Shown: positions 1 through 12,700 of the stretch, in pieces | How the letters are laid out: each line of letters opens with the position of its first letter | Numbering within the stretch: position 1 is the stretch's first letter | Assembly: GCA_021613535.1 (NCBI GenBank) | Contig: CP075497.1 | Location: forward strand, 13,640,001-13,704,000 | Source of the DNA: Adineta vaga | Lineage: Eukaryota > Animalia > Rotifera | Direction: 5' to 3' | DNA length: 64,000 nt | Translations under genes and position numbers: made by a program | The notes under the pieces: model-generated | The model's database searches: none | Told to the model about the DNA's origin: nothing | The model's input: the letters and a program-made list of their open reading frames with translations, nothing else

Positions 1-57
1 TAAAACATCATACATAACTATTTTGCACCCAACACGATGACTGTTATAGGTGTTGAG

Positions 58-1181
58 TAGGGATGTCACATTACTTTTACTTTTTATTTATTTTGCTCAT
101 TAATTGATAATAAATTTATTACCATTATTACTTATTGCTTCTCACTAGTAAATACTTTAGTTTTGTTATTTTATTGATATTAGAGTTTCCACTCATTCTT
201 TGTAGTGCATTTTTCACTAATTTTGTATCGAGTTATTAGTAATTACTTTCAAATCATTATTACTTATTGCCAATAATAAAGTAATAATAAATTTGAAAGT
301 AATAAGTAATAACGAGTAATAATTATTATTATTATAATACAGTAATAACAATTGTAAAATAGCATCGATAAGAAGAATAGGTAATACATTGACTTCTGAA
401 TGTTATCTGTGAACCAAATATTATCTTCTAGAACCTCTCACAGATGCTAAGCGCATAAAAAAACAGTGCATTGGAAAATTATATACAATTTTATCTGCTC
501 ATTTGTTTGGATATAGATGGGTCAGTGACGAATCTAAACTTTTCATGATGAGATTCGTTTTTGCGGGGAATAGAGACGATTCAGATCAAACGATGCGTTT
601 TGAAATTCATTACAGATAGCCTCGACTCATTTCCCAGCCTTTTTTGCAAGAAGAAGAATAAGAATCTTCAGACTAGTCGCGACCACCCGCAGCATCATCC
701 CCTAAAATCGCTATTGGACCAAATGTGGATATAGATTGGATAGATGTAAATATAAGAGATGAGTATGCTTTACTCAACAATATATACTCCATCACATGCA
801 CACTTCCATCCACAACCATACCTATCTTCGTATTCACTCACCCAATCGAAACCACCTATATTCACACCCATTCACATAAATATTGGAATGAATCGTTATG
901 GGAAAAATAAAATCAAGCCTTTTCATGGTTACTTGTTGCGGATATGAAAATATAATCTATGACATAACGCTGTTTCCGTATATTACTTTATTAGTTTTTT
1001 TAAAGCTTCTACTTATTACTAGTAGTTATTACTGACAATTATTACTTTTATTACTTATTGATTTATTACCTTAGTACTATTTCAGCTTTATTACATTTCC
1101 TAATTATTATTTATTACCAGTAATAAGTAATAACACTTTTAATTATTACTAAGTAATAGTAGTGGTGATAGAACACCCCTA
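58..1181. mobile_element. hAT-like non-autonomous element (copy at 8842-9963)
   Basis: Termini TAGGGATGT...ACACCCCTA; ATTACT/AGTAAT subterminal repeats; degenerate 8-bp TSD gtgttgag/gtgctaag. Confidence 0.6.
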
Positions 1182-1920
1182 GTGCTAAGATTTTACCTAA
1201 CCTATGCGATTGTTTTTTTTTATCGTATCCAAACATGTTGATGTCATGCTGTCTTATAAGTTTCTATCAACCTTCACAATTTATACGACTTTTGTTTAAC
1301 AAAAGTAGCAAAAAAGAAACGTTTATATCACTTCCGTTCGTCATACATATAAATCATCAGTCATTGTAGCTTACTGAAGAAAAGTTATCTACTCTCCTTG
1401 CTTCGTAAACAAGCAGCTATAAAATATAAATTTTTTCTTCATTACTCATCAGTATATATTTATTCGATTCCCTTTCTAATGCAAAGTATTTCAAATGCCG
1501 GTTCATCCACTACAGTCTTAACCCTCTGGTTCTATAACAGTTACTAGGAGATCTAATGTTTCTCAGACATAGAACTAACAAAATAAAAACAAAAAGTACT
1601 AAGATCGCAAAGTTAGGAACAAAAAATATAAAACATGAAATTCCGTATGTTATCTGAAGAAAGACGGACTGGTGTGACGCAAATTATTTCTTACCATTAT
1701 ATAATGGCTATTTATTTTCCTTCTTTAATTCGCTACTATTAGAACGAGAAAAGTGATAAACATGCGCTTTTTATAAGTTGCTCTTCTATATGCGACCGAC
1801 TATATCCTATCGATCATCCTCTATCGAAGAGCATTTTAATTCGAGAAGATCCTTTCTAGAACAATTAGAACACAAAATCCGATCGGTGCGTTGCAACTGG
1901 AAACTTTTGAGAACCTAACC

Positions 1921-2289
1921 CAAGGGGGAAAAGCTGATTGCAATGGTTGCCGTTGATTGCTATCCGTTTTCTTTCTATCCGATGACAAGTTCAAGTATTT
2001 TCTAAAAATACATAAAGTTTTCATCACTAAACATCATGACAATAATCTTTTCACAGTATTAAACGGATAATAGATTTTTTGGTACCTGTGATTGTCAAAG
2101 ATTGTCAATGATTGCGGATGGTTGTCGATGATTGCTCTCCTTATTTTGACTACCAAACAACGGACTCAGGTTACATCTGATATGACTTGTTGTTTACATC
2201 ATTCAGCAATATGACAATCATATTTTATCAATGGATTTATGGCTGATTGTCAATTATTGCTTTACATGCAATCAACTTTTTCCTCCTTG
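1921..2289. mobile_element. MITE with CAAGG termini and 8-bp TSD (P-element-like)
   Basis: TIR caagggggaaaagctgattgca / tgcaatcaactttttcctccttg; perfect TSD ACCTAACC at 1913-1920 and 2290-2297. Confidence 0.8.
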
Positions 2290-2732
2290 ACCTAACCTAT
2301 CATTATAGCTTCACTAACTCACACTTCAAATCATACTTCAAAATTGTTCTTAACTTATATGTTTTTAAGAGTAATAGGGCATATTACGACGAAAATCTCC
2401 TTCTCATTTTGATATTGTCACACAATTTGATGAAATCATAATATTCCAGTATCATGCATTTCTCTTCATCTTCAATACTGACTTTACAAAACGATAGAGA
2501 TCACAATATGGAAGAATTCTCATATTTTTTAGTTGAGACTATTCCACATCATGAATTTCCAATGACATCATCCTCGTAACTTTGAACTTATGTCCTTCTC
2601 TATATCCATTAGCCATCATTAAAATCTCTTCAAAAAATTTCATATAAACAAAACATACACTCAACAGCTCACCTCTTTCAATTCTTTGTCGAAGACACAT
2701 TACTCTACTCTTATGTTCTCTTATCTTTTCAG

Positions 2733-3748
2733 GCGAAACACTATTACCACAAACAGCACTACACATATGGAATCATTTGAAATCAAGCGCTCAAATTTAT
2801 AACTTATATGGACCAGCAGAATGCACTCTATCTCCACATTTCATCTCATTACACAAGACGATCTTCATTTACATTCGATACCTATTGGTGGTCCACTTGT
2901 TGGATACACATGTCATGTTCTCGATACATACCTTCAACCAATTCTTATTCAGTATCATATCGGTGAACTATGGATTGGTGGCGATGCTGTATTCAGTGGT
3001 TATTTACGTCGACCTGATCTTTCAAAACAATCATTAATACATGTTTCTCATACAGAAAGTCTCCTGTATCGTACAGGTGACTTAGTACGAATTGAACGTC
3101 AGTCAGGTCTACTACTTTACGTCGGACGTCAAGATTTTCAAGTTAAATTGAGAGGACAACGTCTTGAATTGACTAACATCGAAAGTGTAATTATGCAAAT
3201 ATCAACTCTGGATGCTACGAACTGTGTCGTCATCAAATTTGATCATGCTGATCAAGAACATCTTATTGCATATATTGAAACTAGAAGTCAATTGAGTTTC
3301 AACATATTACATGATGAATGTGCAAAACACTTGCCACTCTACATGATTCCTTCCTTGTTTATCCCATTGAATAACTTTCCATTGAATCAAAACGGAAAAT
3401 TGAATCGAAAAGCTCTTCCATTACCCGATTTCACTCTTCTATCAACAATTACACATAATAACGATCAACCAAAAACAAATATCGAACAATGTATACATTC
3501 CATTTGGTGTCACGTTCTTCCACATCTTACATCGATTTCAGTTTCACAAAATTTCTTTTCTTTGGGTGGTAATTCATTATCTTTGATGAAACTTCATCAT
3601 TTATATCAAATAGAATTTAAACATAATCTCAATATGAGTGAACTTTTTCGTTATCCTACTATTCGTGATCATGCTCGATTATTTCTCGAACAAAAACATT
3701 CATCTTTAACAGATAACATACAATGGCAATCGCTTCATCTCAATGAAG
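2733..3748 (+). CDS. NRPS module 0: C-terminal half of A domain plus T domain (1-nt frameshift near 2829)
   Basis: Acceptor ttttcag|GC GAA gives G-E-T-L-L...YNLYGPAEC, then YRTGDL, QVKLRGQR, NQNGKLNRK, FFSLGGNSL. One base is missing relative to the copy at 11512-12528. Confidence 0.85.
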
Positions 3749-6700
3749 GTAATTCAAAAATATGAAAAAGAAAAACTAATCTTCTTTCTGTTGATATTCT
3801 CATAGGTCCTGCATCATTTGCTCAAACACGTATCTATCTAGACGAACAAATTCATTTTGCATCTTCATCAACAGCTATCTATCATATTCCTATTATTCTC
3901 GAAATCACTCAAACATCAATGTCATTATCAAGACTTCAACGAGCTCTTTTGGTTCTTATGAATAAACATAAAATACTTCGTACTCGTGTTGTATTTGATG
4001 AGAATGAACATCATCTTAGACAAGAAATTCTTCCATTTTCATCCATTTCAATGATTGATACAACAATTTCTCATGAAGAACATCTTCATCAACTTTGTTA
4101 TAATGAAGAAACTAATGCAACACTTTTTAATTTAATTCATGGAGATGTATTTCGATGTCATCTTATTCGAAAATCAATTAGTACAGATAACGATCTTCTC
4201 ATTCCTGGTAACATTCTTATTTTTAACTTTCATCATGCAGCTTTTGATGGCTCATCCATTGAAATTTTCTTCCATGATTTACAACGAGCATACACAATAG
4301 ATGATCAATTAGAACCTTGTTCACTCGATTATATAGATTATGCAGTCTATGAAAAAGAGATTAATATGAATGAAGCAACACAATTTTGGAAAGAACATAT
4401 GAATGATTTCATTAATAATATTCTTCCATTACCATATGATCGAATACCACATGATAATAATACTCGTTCTGGTCATGGCATAACAATGAGTTTTGGTTTG
4501 TCCCAAGATATTGTCGATCAAATGCTCACTTACATGATTGAAAATGATGTTACTCTCTTTCAACTTGGTTTCGCTATTTTCTATACTTATCTATTTAAAC
4601 TTACTCAACAAACAGATTTATGTGTTCTTACCGTTAATGCTAATCGTCATCGACCAGAATTACAAGATATTATTGGTTTTTTTGTCAATACATTGCCTTA
4701 TCGTCTATCAATTGATGGTTACTTAAGCTTTCTTCATCTTGTTCGACGTGTGAAAGAACTTGCTCTTACTACATTGCCACATACACATCTCCATTATCAA
4801 GACATTATTTCAAATATGACAATGAATACTTTGCAAACAATGTTTCTTATTGAAACTGAACATGACAATGTGGTTACTCTTGATTCTCATACTAATCTTC
4901 GTCCATTAACTTTTCTCACTACTGATCCACAAACTATTGCTAAATTCGATTTCACTTGCTCTCTTTATTTACAATCTCAAATGCGTTCCATAACTGTAAC
5001 ATTCAATGTTTCGAACGATCTCTTCGATATGAATACAACAGTTCTCATGATTAATCGTTTTAAATGTCTTTTCAATCAACTTTTCTCATCATCATCACCA
5101 TCATTCTTATTTCTTTCGCAATATTCATTACTTCTATCATATGAAATCGAGTTGTTTCATCAATTAAATAATGAAAATTCACTATGTTTATCAAATTCAT
5201 GGCCTATTCATCATCGATTTGTATATCAAGTTGACAAACATCCACAAAAAATTGCACTCATACTCGATGATCAATATTTGACTTATGCTGAATTATTGAG
5301 TAGATCACAATTGTTAGCTTTGTATTTAATTGAATATTATCATGTACAATCTGGTGATGTTATTGGTGTTTGTATCGATAGAAGTATTGAAATGGTAAGT
5401 CATTGATGACAATATTGATTTTGATTTTTCTTTTTTCTATAGATTATTAGTATAATATCGATTCTAATGTGTGATGCTTGCTACTGTCCATTATCACCTG
5501 ATCAATCTGCATCTAGACTTAATACACTAATTGAACAATTAGAACCAAGATGTGTTCTTATTCGTATGCAAACAGATACATTTATTTCATCGAAGAATAT
5601 CAATATTGAACAAGTACTATTGTTATCAAATTTGTGTGAATGGAAAGAAGATGATATTCGTGGAGATATGAAATCATTAGCTTATATGATATTTACAAGT
5701 GGCTCAACGAGTACGCCTAAAATTGTACCGATTAGTCATAAAAATTTTGATATCTGTATGAATGCACTTGTTCATTCTGGAATAATGATGAATAGTGATA
5801 TTGTACTACAAACAACTCCATCTTCATTTGATATTCATATGCAAGAAATTTTGGGTACACTATGGCTTGGTGGATGTCTATGTTTACTTCACTCAAAAGG
5901 AAATCTTGACATGAACTATTGGATATCGGTGGTACAACGACAAGAGATTAGTTTTATTATAAGTGTGCCCACTTTCTTCACTTCACTTATTCAATATATA
6001 GAGAAATCAGCTGATTTACATCAAGCATTATCAAGTGTTCATCGATTATGTTCAATAGGTAAGTTCTTTCTTTTCATATAAAGATTTATTTGTGCTATGG
6101 TATGTTCGGAATAAAAAGATTCAGTAGATAAGCTCTTCATACCATATTTGTCATGTCATGTCTTAGTTATGAAGGGAATTAGAATGGAGTTTGTCGTAGG
6201 AACTGTTCGTTAATGTTTCAGTTTTTGGGGACAATAGTGAGGATTTCGAGCATAGGCGATTGTGATCACAATAGAGTTGATTAGTTTTTCGAATTAATTA
6301 AAATCAGAATCGATCTGAATCTAGAAGTTTCGGTCCGAGTGGTGTTATGGAAGATGAAAAATAGCGATGACTTCTACGGCTTTTTAAAACGTTACAGTTA
6401 TTTTTGGAACTGATTAATTTGCTTTATTACACAACACATTGATTGATTATGTTGTTTCGCATTTTGACTATCTCTGTTAGATGGACATACGAACAATATA
6501 TAGAGTGTACGAGTACACGAATTGCGAGACTTTTTATTTAAAATTATGCTGCCGTTGAATAGCCTCCTACTTATGGTTAAAAATAGTTTCAGTTGCAACG
6601 GTTCTGATTTCCGTTCAGTTATATCACACTTCATGAATTTAATTGTGTTTCTGAGCTATAATAATGCATGAATTGGGTCTCTAATTTAGTCATCAGACCG

Positions 6701-9700
6701 ACTCCTTCAGAATTGTAGGCCTCTAAATCGAAACATTATGTACTAAGGTATAGTGTAACAATTTCATATTTTAAGCTTGTAGAATTGAGCCTTTATTCAA
6801 TAGTTCTTCGTCTTATGTGTAAAAAAAAACATTAGAAAGGGAGAGAAAACGAGAAACAATAACTTTGCGTAGGCATAATATACACATGCCAAGATATGAC
6901 ATATAACTTTGCAGTGATACAATTCTGTATAAGAAAGAAAACAGAAGTGATGATAAGGAAAGGATAATACTTGGTGTATAATCAATCCATATGAATAATC
7001 TCAAGAATAACAAACGGTACAATCTGGCCATTAACTGAGAAGCGACAATGATATAGATGGGATGTTATAGATAAATTGAATTGGAAGTGTTACATAGCGA
7101 TAAATCCTAACAAATTCAAATTCATAAGTTCTGATTCATAAATACATAATGCAAAATTTAGGAACTAATAAATGTTTGGATCTATTTCACTGCGGAAAGT
7201 ATGTAGAATCAAGAGTAATTCGAAATGCAATAGACGAAACGAAGAATATTTCGCATTATAGTAATTCCATGATTAATAGTTTCTTTTATAAATTCTTTAA
7301 ACTTGCGATCTTAGCAGGCTTTTGGAGAATAATTCACCTTTAAGCATTGCAGAGAATCTAATGGTAAAATAATTTAGATACAATACTACGTAAGGTAGAA
7401 AACTACAGTCAAGTATTACTTCTTTCTATTCAACATTCGAGAGAACCTTAGAAAGAGTTCATTATATGAAGATGTCCAAGTATAAGTAAGTTCTTATTTT
7501 GGTTATATATTTTGAATATACGACTTTTGACAACTGGATGAGTCAGATGAGTTGGGTTTAGATCAAATTATCTAGCATAGTTTTTATAGGTCGGTCCCTT
7601 TGCTAGATCTTTCTAACAGATCTCAGGCTAGGAATTAGTCCAGCCCGGTCGCGATCTTAAACCGGCCGGTTTTTACCGTTTTTTAAAATTGTTTATAAGA
7701 CAATTATATCATTGTTCTGTAGATGTCACACATTATGATTTACAAAAATGTGATATTAATACCATAAATTTAAGTTAGAAAGAAGAAAACGACATTGTAC
7801 GCAGTGGACATATTATTATTAATATTATTATTATTATTAAATCGCTATGATTTAAAAACGTTAGGCTTCAATTTTACTGATTGTCCATTTCAGCGAATTA
7901 AAAGCAATCCGTATGTACTAGGTACTTAGTATTGCAAGAAAATGGATCAGTATCTTAGGTAAATGTTACATTGTCGTTTATATAGATTTTCTGTAAATTA
8001 TGGAAAGTGTAGTCTGATATTTGCGTCAGCGTTACGTTTAATACACATTGTCAAATAGTCATCAAAGATTATAAAAGCTTTATCTAGCCATTTATTATTC
8101 TTTTTTCAAACTATTACTTGATTAAACATAAGTTGTAAAAAGATTGTTATGAATTAGAAAATAAACGACTTAAAACCAGTTCGCTTTGACTACTTCAATT
8201 TCAGAAAATAGCACAAATAAAGACATTTGAGATTTGCCAAAGTTGTTATCTTTTCCGCAAGCTTTCGATACTCATAAACTGTTTTTATTTCTATTAAACA
8301 ATGACACATGCTCAATAGTCATCTTCACATATATACGAGTATAAGAGTCAAATCTAAAGAATAATGCCTATTATTGACTGATATTTCGTTAAAACGTAAT
8401 TTGCTCACAATGATAGACATATTGAAACCAATATTGTATCAGTTGAGTTGTCATCAGTTAGACTTTAAAAAATGCTTTCGTCCAGCTTCTTCCCTGTCAA
8501 ATCACACTATACAACCTGCCGACTTTTTCCAGGTTTTTACCGTTTCAATCATATATGTAAACCAGTCGATCCAGACTGATTTAAAAAGCCAAACCGATTT
8601 AGCAGGTCGTTCAACAGAAATTCTACCACTTCCAAGTCTGAAAGACTCTAATAATGATATACGTTCATATAAATATGATCTGATTATGAACCATGTTATA
8701 TTAGCTAAATTCTTTCAACAATATATTTGACCAAATAACAATCAATCGCCTATGTTAGAAGAGCAAGCAATAAGATTCGGTTTTTAAAACATCATACATA
8801 ACTATTTTGCACCCAACACGATGACTGTTATAGGTGTTGAGTAGGGATGTCACATTACTTTTACTTTTTATTTATTTTGCTCATTAATTGATAATAAATT
8901 TATTACCATTATTACTTATTGCTTCTCACTAGTAAATACTTTAGTTTTGTTATTTTATTGATATTAGAGTTTCCACTCATTCTTTGTAGTGCATTTTTCA
9001 CTAATTTTGTATCGAGTTATTAGTAATTACTTTCAAATCATTATTACTTATTGCCAATAATAAAGTAATAATAAATTTGAAAGTAATAAGTAATAACGAG
9101 TAATAATTATTATTATTATAATACAGTAATAACAATTGTAAAATAGCATCGATAAGAAGAATAGGTAATACATTGACTTCTGAATGTTATCTGTGAACCA
9201 AATATTATCTTCTAGAACCTCTCACAGATGCTAAGCGCATAAAAAAACAGTGCATTGGAAAATTATATACAATTTTATCTGCTCATTTGTTTGGATATAG
9301 ATGGGTCAGTGACGAATCTAAACTTTTCATGATGAGATTCGTTTTTGCGGGGAATAGAGACGATTCAGATCAAACGATGCGTTTTGAAATTCATTACAGA
9401 TAGCCTCGACTCATTTCCCAGCCTTTTTTGCAAGAAGAAGAATAAGAATCTTCAGACTAGTCGCGAACCCGCAGCATCATCCCCTAAAATCGCTATTGGA
9501 CCAAATGTGGATATAGATTGGATAGATGTAAATATAAGAGATGAGTATGCTTTACTCAACAATATATACTCCATCACATGCACACTTCCATCCACAACCA
9601 TACCTATCTTCGTATTCACTCACCCAATCGAAACCACCTATATTCACACCCATTCACATAAATATTGGAATGAATCGTTATGGGAAAAATAAAATCAAGC

Positions 9701-12700
9701 CTTTTCATGGTTACTTGTTGCGGATATGAAAATATAATCTATGACATAACGCTGTTTCCGTATATTACTTTATTAGTTTTTTTAAAGCTTCTACTTATTA
9801 CTAGTAGTTATTACTGACAATTATTACTTTTATTACTTATTGATTTATTACCTTAGTACTATTTCAGCTTTATTACATTTCCTAATTATTATTTATTACC
9901 AGTAATAAGTAATAACACTTTTAATTATTACTAAGTAATAGTAGTGGTGATAGAACACCCCTAGTGCTAAGATTTACCTAACCTATGCGATTGTTTTTTT
10001 TATCGTATCCAAACATGTTGATGTCATGCTGTCTTATAAGTTTCTATCAACCTTCACAATTTATACGACTTTTGTTTAACAAAAGTAGCAAAAAGAAACG
10101 TTTATATCACTTCCGTTCGTCATACATATAAATCATCAGTCATTGTAGCTTACTGAAGAAAAGTTATCTACTCTCCTTGCTTCGTAAACAAGCAGCTATA
10201 AAATATAAATTTTTTCTTCATTACTCATCAGTATATATTTATTCGATTCCCTTTCTAATGCAAAGTATTTCAAATGCCGGTTCATCCACTACAGTCTTAA
10301 CCCTCTGGTTCTATAACAGTTACTAGGAGATCTAATGTTTCTCAGACATAGAACTAACAAAATAAAAACAAAAAGTACTAAGATCGCAAAGTTAGGAACA
10401 AAAAATATAAAACATGAAATTCCGTATGTTATCTGAAGAAAGACGGACTGGTGTGACGCAAATTATTTCTTACCATTATATAATGGCTATTTATTTTCCT
10501 TCTTTAATTCGCTACTATTAGAACGAGAAAAGTGATAAACATGCGCTTTTTATAAGTTGCTCTTCTATATGCGACCGACTATATCCTATCGATCATCCTC
10601 TATCGAAGAGCATTTTAATTCGAGAAGATCCTTTCTAGAACAATTAGAACACAAAATCCGATCGGTGCGTTGCAACTGGAAACTTTTGAGAACCTAACCC
10701 AAGGGGGAAAAGCTGATTGCAATGGTTGCCGTTGATTGCTATCCGTTTTCTTTCTATCCGATGACAAGTTCAAGTATTTTCTAAAAATACATAAAGTTTT
10801 CATCACTAAACATCATGACAATAATCTTTTCACAGTATTAAACGGATAATAGATTTTTTGGTACCTGTGATTGTCAAAGATTGTCAATGATTGCGGATGG
10901 TTGTCGATGATTGCTCTCCTTATTTTGACTACCAAACAACGGACTCAGGTTACATCTGATATGACTTGTTGTTTACATCATTCAGCAATATGACAATCAT
11001 ATTTTATCAATGGATTTATGGCTGATTGTCAATTATTGCTTTACATGCAATCAACTTTTTCCTCCTTGACCTAACCTATCATTATAGCTTCACTAACTCA
11101 CACTTCAAATCATACTTCAAAATTGTTCTTAACTTATATGTTTTTAAGAGTAATAGGGCATATTGCGACGAAAATCTCCTTCTCATTTTGATATTGTCAC
11201 ACAATTTGATGAAATCATAATATTCCAGTATCATGCATTTCTCTTCATCTTCAATACTGACTTTACAAAACGATAGAGATCACAATATGGAAGAATTCTC
11301 ATATTTTTTAGTTGAGACTATTCCACATCATGAATTTCCAATGACATCATCCTCGTAACTTTGAACTTATGTCCTTCTCTATATCCATTAGCCATCATTA
11401 AAATCTCTTCAAAAAATTTCATATAAACAAAACATACACTCAACAGCTCACCTCTTTCAATTCTTTGTCGAAGACACATTACTCTACTCTTATGTTCTCT
11501 TATCTTTTCAGGCGAAACACTATTACCACAAACAGCACTACACATATGGAATCATTTGAAATCAAGCGCTCAAATTTATAACTTATATGGACCAGCAGAA
11601 TGCACTCTTATCTCCACATTTCATCTCATTACACAAGACGATCTTCATTTACATTCGATACCTATTGGTGGTCCACTTGTTGGATACACATGTCATGTTC
11701 TCGATACATACCTTCAACCAATTCTTATTCAGTATCATATCGGTGAACTATGGATTGGTGGCGATGCTGTATTCAGTGGTTATTTACGTCGACCTGATCT
11801 TTCAAAACAATCATTAATACATGTTTCTCATACAGAAAGTCTCCTGTATCGTACAGGTGACTTAGTACGAATTGAACGTCAGTCAGGTCTACTACTTTAC
11901 GTCGGACGTCAAGATTTTCAAGTTAAATTGAGAGGACAACGTCTTGAATTGACTAACATCGAAAGTGTAATTATGCAAATATCAACTCTGGATGCTACGA
12001 ACTGTGTCGTCATCAAATTTGATCATGCTGATCAAGAACATCTTATTGCATATATTGAAACTAGAAGTCAATTGAGTTTCAACATATTACATGATGAATG
12101 TGCAAAACACTTGCCACTCTACATGATTCCTTCCTTGTTTATCCCATTGAATAACTTTCCATTGAATCAAAACGGAAAATTGAATCGAAAAGCTCTTCCA
12201 TTACCCGATTTCACTCTTCTATCAACAATTACACATAATAACGATCAACCAAAAACAAATATCGAACAATGTATACATTCCATTTGGTGTCACGTTCTTC
12301 CACATCTTACATCGATTTCAGTTTCACAAAATTTCTTTTCTTTGGGTGGTAATTCATTATCTTTGATGAAACTTCATCATTTATATCAAATAGAATTTAA
12401 ACATAATCTCAATATGAGTGAACTTTTTCGTTATCCTACTATTCGTGATCATGCTCGATTATTTCTCGAACAAAAACATTCATCTTTAACAGATAACATA
12501 CAATGGCAATCGCTTCATCTCAATGAAGGTAATTCAAAAATATGAAAAAGAAAAACTAATCTTCTTTCTGTTGATATTCTCATAGGTCCTGCATCATTTG
12601 CTCAAACACGTATCTATCTAGACGAACAAATTCATTTTGCATCTTCATCAACAGCTATCTATCATATGCCCTTTGCTCTTGAAATAGATCAACATTGTTC

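Larger units (their letters stand above)
1..12667 (+). repeat. Direct repeat 1-3887 = 8785-12667 (period ~8.78 kb, one NRPS module with its intron)
   Basis: Intron, MITEs and A-half/T exon are duplicated. The differences I found are five 1-2 nt indels and one substitution. Confidence 0.95.

Noticed and set aside
7640-8620. Possible MITE with ACCGG/CCGGT motifs
   Set aside because: Termini too degenerate and no TSD identified.
9345-9729. ORFs 9345-9692 and 725-910 as real genes
   Set aside because: They lie inside a MITE within an intron and show no recognisable domain.
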